The translations under genes and the position numbers were made by a program. Below are positions 38,937 through 50,469 of a DNA stretch of 64,000 bases, piece by piece (positions within the stretch are counted from its first letter, which is position 1; each line of letters opens with the position of its first letter). Under the pieces are notes generated by a model. The model searched no databases, was not told where the DNA came from, and was given only the letters and a program-made list of their open reading frames with translations. Source of the DNA: Octopus bimaculoides (lineage: Eukaryota); assembly GCF_001194135.2 (NCBI RefSeq), contig NC_068989.1, positions 14,604,927-14,668,926 on the forward strand, in the 5' to 3' direction.

Positions 38937-41017
38937 GATATGCTTCAACACACGAAATCACATAAAAAATCTTGCAAACCAAATCCAAAAATTATATATA
39001 TATATATATATATATATTCAGCATAGTTGTTGGTGAACTGGTTATCTTCTGTTTCTCCCTTACCTGTTTATATGTTTGAAATTTACCTGATGATGGTGGG
39101 GTTTTGTCATGATGTAATCTAAGAACGCATCGCCGAAACAGCTGTTGGGAATTTTGAACCCCACTTGTGTTCTTATATGTGTGTGTTTGTGTCTCCTTGT
39201 CTTGGCATTGTGTGACAGTTGTAAATGAATGCCACTGTCATACAAGCAGTGTCATTCATTTCCAATATTCTGCAGGAACATGTTTAGCCATGGGAAAATA
39301 TTAACTTGCCTGGCCCAACCATAGCAAAATCTGTCACAATAAACTCTGTCCAAACCATGCAAGCACAGAAAAATGAATGCTAAATAATGGTGACTGGAAC
39401 TAAACAACAATAATGATATTAAGTTCGTACCAATCATAGTTTGTAGTGAAAGGTGAAAAAATCTAATTAATTAATAATGTTTATACATTTAAGAGAAGAA
39501 AACATTAGCTTAATGACTAATATTCGTGTTTTGATTATTTTTGAATAATTTATACTTTTACACTGATTGTAGATTGTTTAAATATTACCAAATTTGCAAT
39601 ATTTTTTTCTTCCTCTTTCTCTCCATTTTCCAATGTGATGTTTGATTATTTTCTGGATAATTTATATTTTTATATGCATCGTGAGTTTTTTTGAGGGTTT
39701 TTTTTAATTTTATCTCTTTAATATATTAAGTCCATTCCTTCCCTCTTCCCATCCAAGTATAATAGTTAGAATGGTGAGTTTGCTGAAAACAGTTGCTTTT
39801 ACAATCGGACGTACTTCCCGTTGTTGCTGTTGTTAACCACTCAACTGTGAAGCAAACAAATTGGAGACAGTTTTGTTTTGAGGGTTTGGGGGGGGGGGTC
39901 CATTTTCACACCTAGTCTGGAAAACTGGAACAAACAGAATTAGGTTCCTTCTTCAACGACATGGCACAACCACAGCAGTTGTAAGGTCCGATTCATGGCC
40001 ATATCATCAGTCATGCCTTGACTCCGCTACAAATGAGTTTTGGCACCAGGTGAGAGTTAAACCTGTGATGGGCAGGAATTCCATTTAAGGGTGTGTCTTC
40101 ACTGTCTCTTAGATATCTCAGAAAATGCGATATACCCCAGCCATAACGAGCTTGTAGACTCAAAACAGGCTTTAATTTTGTCTTTCCTAGAAGTGTTACT
40201 TGGCTAAATAGTTGAAACTGGAAAGCAAAGCTCTTCTCTAAAGCACAGGTGAAAGCAAGATTTTTTAAGGCTGACCAGCAATTACTCTTACATTCAAATC
40301 TTCCCTGTCTATGCCCTGGAGGTTTTCCAAGGGAATGGCAAGAGCAAGCACATCCAATTATCAATGATGTTACAGGTATTACTGTCAGAATCTAAGAAAC
40401 TAGTCAGTATATGTACTTCAAGGCATGTCATTTGATAATCTAATAGTTTTGCCAGTCCATTGCCCTGGATTGATCGTTTATTTGACTCTCAACAGATGAA
40501 ATGAAAAGTTGACTTTAATGGGGTTTGGACTCAAAGCAGAAAACCAGAACAAATATACTACAACACTCTGTGGCACCTAATGACTCTACCAATTTATTAA
40601 CTCATCATGCCCTTGACTATTTTTTTTTGACTCGAGTCTGAAATTATATTCTAGTGACTGATCAATATCTGAATCCGAGTCCATATGTAGTCCCTTGACA
40701 TTTTTGAAATAGCAGGCTAATATCCCTTAAATTCAACCCTACTCTCTTAACAGAAAGAAAATGCATACATTGGATAATGGTGCTCCAGATACTCAATTAT
40801 TAATAGTTGAGATGGTCACAGGTGGAATGCTTTTGAACATAGGTTCATTCAGTTAGTCCTGACCAAGGGCTAAATAACAACTATAATATACCAATTCTTC
40901 TCCATAAATTGGCATTATGCCAAAACAAGAAAAATCATGCTGTTTTCTATGTTTGTTTATATTGATACAATAATTTATATTGTTTTTTATTGTTTTTTTT
41001 TTCCTTCTTCCATTTAG

Positions 41018-41128
41018 ATCTGGAAAAAGGCGCCGAATATTCAGTTCGTATAGCTGCACTCTCAACCCTTGGCATCGGTCCATTCACAGACTGGCTTTTC
41101 ACAAAAACGTATGATGATGATCTTGATG
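41018..41128 (+). CDS. DCC: DCC/neogenin exon: FN3 C-terminus (DLEKGAEYSVRIAALSTLGIGPFTDWLFTKTYDDDLD)
   Basis: Poly-Y TTTAG acceptor, ATG|GTAAGA donor, phase 1-1; resembles DCC GLEKGSQYSFQVSAM...ENDLD. Confidence 0.95.
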
Positions 41129-41778
41129 GTAAGAATTGTTTGTTTCCCCCCCCCCCTTTTTTTCTTGTCTGTATTTTTTGACGAAGGTTTCTCTCTCTCT
41201 CCCTCTCTCTTTCTTTCTCTCTCTCTCTCCCTCTCATATTGTTCTTTCAGTATTAAATACAGCCAAACTTAATAAATGGAAATACAGATGTTAAACTAAT
41301 GCTGATGGTGCCAATAATCAGTATCATTAGCATCATTTCGGAATGTAGTAATTGGATTTGATTACCAGAGAAAAAAAAGAAAAAAAAAACAGAAAAGAAA
41401 AAACCCGACTCTAGATTTGTAACTTGTCCAAAGAAATTTGTATTTTTGTCTATTGAAAGTTGTTAGTGTTGCTTATTATTGCTATATTTCTCTAGAAAGA
41501 AGTGTTTAGCTATGTTATTAATATGTAACCTTTATCTTTTAAAAAAACTGTGTTTGTAACATTTTGGTTTGAGGAAGTGAAAATAATTATTGCATTTAAT
41601 ATAAAAAAGAATATTCTAGGTTATCATTATGGTGGAGTGAAGTAAATAATGGATCTACTGAATTGCTTGCTCATTGAATTTGTAGAGAAGTGGCTGAGTA
41701 TACCTTTAGCATAATTCTACACTGTTCTTCACCCCCACTGTTTTCCATGCTGTTTATTGTAGAGGGCTCTGTATAGAG

Positions 41779-41907
41779 TAATGTTTCTCAACCTTTTTAC
41801 CCTTGCGTAACCCTTAAAATAAATTACATGTCTCAAGGAACCCCTGTACAAAAAAAAATTATATACCATATCTTTCTCATATTCTTTTCATTGTAGTTCA
41901 CATGGTA

Positions 41908-41944
<37 letters not shown>

Positions 41945-41954
41945 NNNNNNNNNN

Positions 41955-41993
<39 letters not shown>

Positions 41994-42146
41994 TTGTTAT
42001 ACTTTTTTGATAACCTAATAGGTTAGATAGGATGATATCTTTATATTACCATAACCAATAATATGTTATGCATGTATAGTAACATTACGGTCATGAAATT
42101 AGCTTATCTCACTCTTTCTCACGGAACCCTAGGTTGAGAAACGCTG
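41779..42146. mobile_element. hAT (Charlie-like) MITE with internal (TA)n
   Basis: 8-bp TSD GTATAGAG at 41771-41778 and 42147-42154; TIRs TAATGTTTCTCAACC / GGTTGAGAAACGCTG. Confidence 0.85.
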
Positions 42147-42659
42147 GTATAGAGAGTATCTTTGGTGTCTGACAGTTGCACCTTGCCAAGAATGGTCAGG
42201 TGGACAGGCATGAACTGGTCCCCATTCAACTCCTAATCTCTCACTTGATGGCTTCTAGTACCCCACTTCAGTTGGTGGGTTAAACCAAATGAGGGGATGG
42301 TTCTCTGAATTGTGTCAAATAATGTCAAATTGTCCAACTTTTGCCATCATGGAATTACAGATGCTAAACGATAATGATAGTGATGAATCTGTATAACACA
42401 GAGCATGGCATGGCCATACCTTTGAATTACAAGTTCAACCTATCCTATGAGGTTTTGCACAGTGTCACTCTTGAGGCTTGGGTTGAACTATTTGTCCAAG
42501 GTACCACACTGTGGTGTGACCTCATGATTGTGAGGCAAACTTCGTAACGCTGTGTCCACTGAGTTATAAACTTACAGTAATTAACTTCATTCCTCTGCAT
42601 TTTGAATTCTAGCTACTAGGATGACTTAGTCTTTCATTCTTTCAGGTTCAATAAAACCA

Positions 42660-43030
42660 TCATCATCATTTAATGTCCTTTTCCTCACTGGTATGGGTTG
42701 GATGGCTTGACAGGAACTGGCAAAACCAGGGGTCGCACCAGATTCCATAGTATGTTTTGGTTCGGTTTCTACAGCTGGATGCCCTTCCTAATGCCAACCA
42801 TTTCACAGAGTGTACTTGGATGCTTTTTACGTGGCACCATCACCATTGCTTTTAATGTGACACTTTGGTTTTAGGATATCAGTTTTGTTGTGGTGGGCCA
42901 GCCTTCTAGAGTACAGCAATGCGGGTCCTCTGTCATTTCCTTTATAAGGTTCAACATTTTGAAATCGGCCTTCAGTACTTCATGCCATGCTTTCCAGGGT
43001 CTCCGTTTTCCACAACTTCCCTCCATTTTA
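42660..43030 (-). mobile_element. RTE-type LINE 3' end with family C-like tail
   Basis: Minus ORF ..GSCGKRRPWKAWHEVLKADFKMLNLIKEMTED.. upstream of a ..CCAACCCATACCAGTGAGGAAAAGGACATTAAATGATG tail. Confidence 0.65.
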
Positions 43031-43161
43031 AGTGATTGGCACAAAATAAGTACCAGTAATCTACTGGAACTATAAATATATCTTATCTTCATATTTTCTT
43101 TCATTGAAAATTACCTTTCATCCTTTTTCTTTTTTTTTTTTTTTACCCTGTCTTTTCACAG

Positions 43162-43359
43162 AATCTCATGTTCCTGGAAAACCTTCTAAAGTTCGAACCG
43201 CTGCTGAAGCCAACTCAATCTTGGTGCGATGGGCTCCACCTGTTGACAGCAGCAAGACATTAGTAAGGGGTTACACTGTTACCTACGGCAAGGGTATACC
43301 AGACGTTATGCGAGTCAAACTTGGCCCTCAACAACGTGTTTATAAAATCAAAAACCTTC
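43162..43359 (+). CDS. DCC: DCC/neogenin exon: FN4 N-part (ESHVPGKPSKVR...WAPP...LVRGYTVTYGKGIPD...YKIKNL)
   Basis: TTTTCACAG acceptor, TTC|GTAAGT donor, phase 1-1; resembles DCC ESQVPDQP...VVRGYIIGYGVGSP. Confidence 0.95.
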
Positions 43360-43581
43360 GTAAGTTTGCAATTTCTCCACTGCTAACTCTTACATACTTA
43401 AGTTTGTGCTAATAGACTCAGATATTTTTCAATGTTTTATAATTAGTAAAAATTATTCTGCCTAATGAACTTACACTCATTTAGCCTCTCTAGCCTACAA
43501 CACTTGGTCTCTCACCCTTAATATGGTTGCATTAGATGCAGGGCAAGTCTTTGATACATTTAAAAATACAAAATTAAAAAA

Positions 43582-44195
43582 GAGGAGTGACTGTGTGGTA
43601 AGAAGCTTGCCTCCCAACCACATGGTTTCAGGTTCAGTCCCACAGCATGGTACTTTAAGCAAGTGTCTTCTTATTTCTTTATTGCCCACAAGGAGCTAAA
43701 CATAGAGGGGACAAACAAAGGAATTAAGTCAATTACATCGACCACAGCGTGTAACTGGTACTTAATTTATCGACCCCGAATGGATGAAAAACAAATTCGA
43801 CCTCGGTGGAATTTGAACTCAAAACGTAACGGCAGACGAAATACTGCTAAGCATTTCGCCTGGCGTGCTAACGATTCTGCCAGCTCGCCGTAGAAGCAAG
43901 TGTCTTCTACCATACCCTTGAGCCAACCAAAGCCTTGTGAGTGGCTTTGGTAGATGGAAACTGAAAGAAGCCCGTTGTATGTGTGTCTGTGTTTGTCCCA
44001 CACCACCACTTGATTACTTGTGTTGGTGTGTTTACATCCCCATAACTTAAGAGTTTGGCAAAAGAGACCAATCAGATAAGTACCAAGTTTAAAATGTAAT
44101 AAATAAGTCCTGTAGTTGATTCGTTTGACTAAAATTCTTCAAAGCGGAGCCCCAGCATGGCCGCAGTCTAATGACTGAAACAAGTACAACAGTAA
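43582..44195 (+). mobile_element. SINE family A interrupted by an antisense family B SINE (43672-43893)
   Basis: 15-bp TSD AAGCAAGTGTCTTCT at 43657-43671 and 43894-43908. Confidence 0.85.
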
Positions 44196-44199
44196 AAGA

Positions 44200-44450
44200 A
44201 TACATGAACCAGCTCCGCAGACTATTTGGTCATGCTGCTCCATTTTCCATTTTGGACCCTGCACATCATGCCCTCTTCTTTGAGGATCCACCTGCAGCAA
44301 GCAGCTTAGGTTCCTTGACCGCATGCTCACGGTGGATGAATGAGTGTCTCACAAACATAAGGGGCTGACTGGGGCACATCTTGGAGCACGACACAGGACA
44401 GCCCAAGCAAAGTCCAACAAACGGTAAATGCAGTGGCACATGCCCCCATA
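44200..44450 (+). mobile_element. Degenerate RTE-type LINE C-terminal fragment
   Basis: QLRRLFGHAAPFSILDPAHHAL..EDPP resembles RTE RLRLFGHVARF...DPAHR..S..DP. Confidence 0.5.
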
Positions 44451-44639
44451 TACAGGTAAGCACAGTATTTTGTGTTACTTTTACGTTATGAATTCAACTC
44501 TTACCAAGGTGAATCTGCATTTTTCTTTCATCTCGGGGTCAATTAAATAAAGTACTAACCCAGATACTAATCAGTAAACAAGCCTTTATGGTTTTACTTA
44601 CTAACAATCTATTTTTTCTTTTTATCATTTTCGTTATAG

Positions 44640-44735
44640 AACCAGCTTCTTCGTATGTTATTAAAGTCATGGCCACCAACAAGATCGGTGACGGTCCACC
44701 AATATATGCCCATGTGAAGACAGATAAAGAGTCAG
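44640..44735 (+). CDS. DCC: DCC/neogenin exon: FN4 C-part (QPASSYVIKVMATNKIGDGPPIYAHVKTDKES)
   Basis: TACTAAC branch point at 44599-44605, TATAG acceptor, CAG|GTAAAT donor, phase 1-1; resembles DCC [21 protein letters not shown]. Confidence 0.95.
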
Positions 44736-45182
44736 GTAAATCATTTATTGTAAAACTCCTCACTCCCCCCTCACGTCACAGTGTTTTTTGTACTGTAACC
44801 AACTTCTTTGACCACCATCATCATCATCATTATCATTTAACATCCATCTTCCATGCTGGCATGGGCTGGATGGTTTGACAGATGTTGGTTAGGGAGAAGA
44901 CGGCACCAAGCTCCACTGTCTGTTTTGGCATGGTTTTCACAGCTGGATGCCCTTCCTAACACCAACCCCTTTACATAGTGACCAGCACCAGTTTATTTAT
45001 TAATTATCTTCTCTGTTCGGAAACCAGAATTTACACCCATCGAAATTGGTCATTGGTCAGTGCCTTGCTCTGCCCGACCTATGTGAACATGGAAATGTAG
45101 GCGTGGTTCGTGGTGGCGGTGATGATGATGATGATGATGTCACTTTTCTAAATACATTCCCTTGTTCTATATTTAAGAGATG

Positions 45183-45565
45183 AGGAATTATGTACATTAT
45201 TTACATTTGACAGATAATTATCCTCATCTTGTTTGTTGTTGACACAACATTTCGGCTGATATACCCTCCAGCCTTCATCAGGTGTCTTGGGGAAATTTCG
45301 AATCTGGGTTCCCATTCCTAAGGTATTTTTCAATATTATTATTATTATTATTATTCAATTCCAGGCAGTGACCTGATTAATATTAATAATAATAATAATA
45401 ATAATAGCAACATCATCGAAAAATACCTGAGAACCAAGGTTGGAAATTTTCCCAAGACACCTGATGAAGGCTGGAGGGTATATCAGCCGAAACGTTGTGT
45501 TAACAACAAACAAGATGAGGACAAATATACATCAAATGTAAATAATGTAAATAATGTACATTCCT
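45183..45565. mobile_element. Inverted pair of Penelope-like pseudo-LTR fragments (45183-45331 and 45418-45565) around (ATT)n/(AAT)n
   Basis: The arms are reverse complements over about 150 nt; each carries CTGATGAAGGCTG...CAGCCGAAA. Confidence 0.7.
45456..45501 (+). ncRNA. Minimal type I hammerhead motif (Penelope type); antisense copy at 45241-45286
   Basis: GACAC-CUGAUGA-A-GGCUG(GAGGGUAUAU)CAGCC-GAAACGU-U-GUGUU: stem I, 5-bp stem II, palindromic ACGU replacing stem III, extra A after A9. Confidence 0.6.
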
Positions 45566-45694
45566 TTCTGTTTGTGTGATCAGTTATATGTCTTGTGTAA
45601 GAACTCAAATGCAACAAACTCATAAAATTTCATAGCCGCAAACCCTTTCCGTTTTCAGTTCCTAAAATGTTTTCTCTGTTCTCTTCTTTTCCAG

Positions 45695-46009
45695 AGATTG
45701 ATCTCGCTACTCCAATGATACCTCCAGTCGGATTGAAGACAATTGTTCTATCATCTCAAACTATTGTACTCACGTGGACTGACTCGACCTTGAGTCGTGC
45801 TCAGCGCATCACGGATAACCGTTACTACACGGTACGCTACTCACCTGTCTATAACAAGAAGAAGTATCGCTACATCAATTCAACAGACCTCAATGCACAC
45901 ATAGACCACCTGAAACCAAATACTCAGTACGAGTTCTCAGTGAAAGTTACCAAAAACCTTCGTAAAAGTACTTGGAGCATGAGTGTCGTCAACACAACTC
46001 AAGAATCAG
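45695..46009 (+). CDS. DCC: DCC/neogenin exon: whole FN5, netrin-binding (EIDLATPMIPPVGL...LKPNTQYEFSVKVTKNLRKSTWSMSVVNTTQES)
   Basis: Poly-Y CCAG acceptor, CAG|GTAAAC donor, phase 1-1; diagnostic match to DCC DLSTPMLPPVGV...[24 protein letters not shown]. Confidence 0.97.
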
Positions 46010-46049
46010 GTAAACAGGACTTGATTGCTGTTAATTAACCGTAGTAAAT

Positions 46050-46945
46050 TTTAGGATTGTGTGGTAAGAAGTTTGATTCCCAATCATGTGATTCTGGGTT
46101 CAGTCCCTCTGCATGGCACCTTGGGCAAGTGTCTTCTATTAATACTATAACCTCGGACTGTCCAAAGCCTTGTGGCTGGATTTAGTCAGTGGAAACTGAA
46201 AGAGACCAGTTGTATACATATGTGTGTGTGTATCTGTGTTTGTCTCTCACCACTGCTTGGCAACCAGTGTTGGTGTGTTTACATCCCTGTAACTTAGCAG
46301 TTCAGCAAAAAAGACTGATAGAATGAGTACCAGAGTTAGCGGTTCGGCAAAAGAGGCCAATAGAATAAATACCGGGCTTAAACATAAATAGTACTGGGAT
46401 CAATTTGTTCAACTAAAATTCTTCAAGGTGGCCGCTGTCTAATGTCTGAAATAAGTAAAAGATAAAAAATTAATGCCTGTGTGCATGCATGTGTGTCTCA
46501 ACTGCTATGGTTGAATGGTTAAGAAATCTGTTTCGGTGTGGTCATGGCTGTGTGTTAAGAAATCTGCTTCCCGACCACATGGTTCTGGGTTCAGTCTCAT
46601 TGCATGCAACCTTGGGCACATGTCTTCTATTATAGCGGTGAGCCAACCAAACCCTAGTGAATAGATTTGATAGGTGAAAACTGTGAGAAGCCCATTGTGT
46701 GTGTGTAAGTGTCCCTTTGTCTTGACGACACGTGTTAGATGTAAACGAGTGCTACTGTCATGAAGGCAATGCTATTCATTTCCAATATTCTGTGAGAACA
46801 TGTATGATCATGAAGAAATATTACCTGGCTTGGAAATAGGTGAGGGTTGGTAACAGGAAGGGAATCCAGCCACAGAAAATTTGCCTCAGCAAACTCTATC
46901 TTATTCATGCAAGCATGGAAAAGCGGGCATTAAGTGATGGTTATG
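46050..46945 (+). mobile_element. Two tandem diverged tRNA-SINEs (family A-like heads; the second with an RTE-like tail)
   Basis: GTGTGGTAAGAAG...GGGTTCAGTCCC...CCTTGGGCAAGTGTCTT at about 46060 and 46550. Confidence 0.7.
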
Positions 46946-47874
46946 GCGATCATGATGTCCCAGATTTGATCCCTTTTCCAGTATCTTTGAGCGAGTGTTA
47001 TAGCATCAGATAATCCAACACCTTGTAATTGAAACCAGATAGACTGGAACTGTATGGAAGCCTATCTCTGTCTTGTTATCAGTTATAAGGCTTCCCTCCT
47101 CTCGCCTCCCCTGCTCAAATATGCAAGTAATTTGGTGCCAAACTTTTCGACCACCCAATAGTCTGACCTCAACCAAAAATATAGAAACTTAATTACCAAA
47201 AACTTTAAATATGATGGCACCACATAATGAGCACCATGTAAAATGCACCCATGCCAGTATCACATCACAAGCACCCAGGGCACTATGTAAAATGGTTGGC
47301 ATTAGGAAGGGCACTCAGCTGTAGAAATCATGCCAGAACAGACAACTAGAGCCTGGTGCAGCCCTTCAGATTGTCAGCTCTTGTCAAACTGTCCAACCCA
47401 TGCCAGCATGGAAAAGAGACATCATTGCCATCATCATTATTTAATGTCCATGTTCCATGCTGGTATGGCATGGATGGTAGTTTTTCAGAGGATCTGATGG
47501 GTGCAAGGATCACGCCATGCTCCGTCGTCTGCTTTCGTATAGTTTTTGCAGCTGGGTGCCCTTCTTAACGCCAACCACTTCTCAGCATACACTGGGTACT
47601 TATTTTCATGCCACTGGCACCAGTGAAGTTACTATGCAGCTCACAAGACTATAGAACCTGTAGAGGGGGTGGGGCATTTACACAATGAGACGGTAGGGAG
47701 GCTGTTAAAGTATGAAAGCAAGGGAGGAGAGGTAAGGAGGTTTGCCATTTTTTGTTTCCTAATTAACCTCTAAGTCTAATTAAGAAATTATTAATTATTG
47801 TAATGGAAGATGATGAGAAGGGAGGGGAATAAAGTTGAATTTCTGTTGATTCATTTTTGCTATTGATATTTCAG

Positions 47875-47982
47875 CTCCTGGAGGTATACCCCGAGATTTA
47901 ACCCCAGCTCCAGTGGAGGGTAACCCACTGTCGATTACATTAAGTTGGCAACCACCTCCACGACCAAACGGTCAACTAACAG
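47875..47982 (+). CDS. DCC: DCC/neogenin exon: FN6 N-part (APGGIPRDLTPAPVEGNPLSITLSWQPPPRPNGQLT)
   Basis: Not in the ORF track; my own translation. TTTCAG acceptor, CAG|GTCAGT donor, phase 1-1; resembles DCC APTSAPKDLTV...SWQPPLEANGKIT. Confidence 0.95.
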
Positions 47983-48666
47983 GTCAGTAACTGTTTTTTT
48001 TTGTTCATCTAGAAACTGCCAGAACAAACAATGGGAAATAGAATCCTTTTAATACCAACCTGCCCCAGATCCACTGGCATTGCTAGAGGAGTGTGTACTA
48101 CTAGTGGAGAGGCTTGTACAGCTCTTAATTATACTGTACTCACCTGGGCTCCCAAGCCAGGCTTATAGAGCAGATCCCAAAAATGCCACCCCCTTAAAGC
48201 ATCACTTAAGGCAGATCCCACACTCTACTTTTCTAGCTACCCTATACTGAGTTTGCCTTTGGTTCTACGATACGAACTGCCTGAAATTTTGGTGGAGGGG
48301 TCAGTCAATTACATAGGCCTCAGTGCTTAACTGGTCCTTATTTTATTGACCCTGTAAAGATGAAGGGCAAAGTCAACCCTGGCAGAATTTGAACTCTGAA
48401 CCTGAAGGCGGACAAAATGCTGCTCAGCATTTAGCTTTGCATGGTAACGATTCTGCCAGCACACCATCTTAATAATAATAATGATAATAACACTTTCGGC
48501 TATAGGCACAAGGCCTGAAATCTTGGGGGGCAAGGGATAAGTCAATTGCACAGACCCCAGTATTTCACTGGTACTTAATGTATTGGACCCCAAGAGAATG
48601 AAAGGCAAAGTCAACCTCAGAGGAATTTGAACTCAGAATGTAAAGACAGACAAAATGCCACTAAGC

Positions 48667-48941
48667 CAGGGGTTTTCAAACTGTGGGCTGCGGACCACAG
48701 GGGGTCCGTGGACAGCAAATACTTTTTATGGGCAATTTGATTTTATATATGTTTTTTAATCGAAATCTTTTAATTGACATTAAACCTATTTGTTAAATAC
48801 TGTTAAATAAATAAATGTAAAAATATATGTTATTTTAAGCAAATATTTATGTATAAATTTCATAAGCGTTTATAAGGGGGTCCCTAAGGTAAAGCCTGAA
48901 ATATAAAGGGGTCCGCAAGTCAAAAAGTTTGAAAACCCCTG
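48667..48941. mobile_element. hAT MITE (275 bp) inserted into an antisense family B SINE
   Basis: TIRs CAGGGGTTTTCAAACT / AGTTTGAAAACCCCTG; 8-bp TSD CACTAAGC at 48659-48666 and 48942-48949. Confidence 0.92.
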
Positions 48942-49037
48942 CACTAAGCATTTAGCTTGGCATGCTAACAATTCTGCCAGCATTGATGATGATGATGATG
49001 TTGATGATGTATTTCTTCTTCTTCTCTATCTCTTCAG

Positions 49038-49232
49038 GCTATTTAATTTTCTACACCACCGATTCCCACCAAGACGACCGAGATTGGGTTGTGCACAATG
49101 TCGATGGAGACAAACTGTCCTCCACAATCAAAGACCTCACCCCAGACACAACTTATTTTTACAAAATGCAAGCTCGCAACAATAAGGGATATGGTCCAAT
49201 GTCCCCTACTGTTGTGTACAGAACATCAAAAG
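49038..49232 (+). CDS. DCC: DCC/neogenin exon: FN6 C-part (GYLIFYTTD...DW...DLTPDTTYFYKMQARNNKGYGPMSPTVVYRTSK)
   Basis: Poly-Y TTCAG acceptor, AAG|GTAAAT donor, phase 1-1; resembles DCC AYILFYTLD...[20 protein letters not shown]. Confidence 0.96.
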
Positions 49233-49264
49233 GTAAATAGTTTCATTAATCCGATATCACAGGG

Positions 49265-49306
<42 letters not shown>

Positions 49307-50469
49307 CATTAGCTGGTGAGGATTAGGGGTTATTTTCAGAACGCATGTTATATGTTATTAGTATATAATGTGATCATGCAAAATTATCTGTATTGATGTT
49401 GTATTAATTGTATTGTATGTGTGTCTGTTTGTTTATGTTTGTATTTCTGTAGTAATTTTAATATTCTAAGCATTGACAATAACAGTTGATTTAATAAAGA
49501 TAATTATTTTAATTGTTGATCATTAATTAAAAGAAAGAAAAAAAAAAGAAAAATCATTTTTTTTTTTTGTCCACTATAGTTCATTAAGAGTCTAGTTATA
49601 ATTTTAATTGAAATAGCTTTTGATAATGAACTGTTTACTAAGAATAAATCTTCTATAATTTAATTAAAGAAAATAATTCGTTATCAGTATAATTATTAGT
49701 TGAAGTTTAATATAATATTGCAAATGCCACATCTATTTACAATTCATTGTTTTCAAAATAAATGATGCTGCTTGACCCAGCTTGAAAGCTTACTGCTTTT
49801 CTATTTAAATAATAATCCCCCTCTTTCATTATGATTCCATTCATATAATTTATATAATCACATTCTGGTCTTTCACACAAACCCTCTCCCGGACTTACAT
49901 TTTTCATAACGGTAATTAAGTAGTGTAATATCTGACTAATATATCTAACGTTAATGTATAAATCTATTGATGAGGGTGATGGGTAATTTATTCAACAGTA
50001 TGGGGACACGGAAATGAAAAGTGATAATTTTCATGATGATAATGATGCATTAGATATTAAATATTTAAGAATTACTCTCCAATATTGATATCAAAATATC
50101 ACAATTCAGTTAATGACAATGAATTAGTAGTCCCATTATCTTGTATCATTTTATGTTTGTTTGTCAATGAACTGAAACAAGTAAATATTTGCTGAAGGGG
50201 TTTTAGCTGAACAAATCAACCCCGGTACTTATTTTTTAAATCTGGTGTTTATTTTATAGAGCTCTTTTGTTGAACAACTAAGTTACTGGGGCATAAACAA
50301 ACCCACACCAGTTTTTAAGCAGTGGTAGGAGACAAACACAAAGATACATACACATATATCTACATATATATATATATATATACAGGGTGTCCACAAAGTC
50401 TGGGTATATGGAGTAAATAAAATCATAACATAAACATTCCTTTGTATGTTATTTCCATGGGTTGTTGGG

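Noticed and set aside
44813-44855. YCAY cluster upstream of the FN5 alternative acceptors, suggesting Nova regulation
   Set aside because: It is the (CAT)n tail of an RTE-type repeat, and such tracts are ubiquitous in this window, so no specificity can be claimed.
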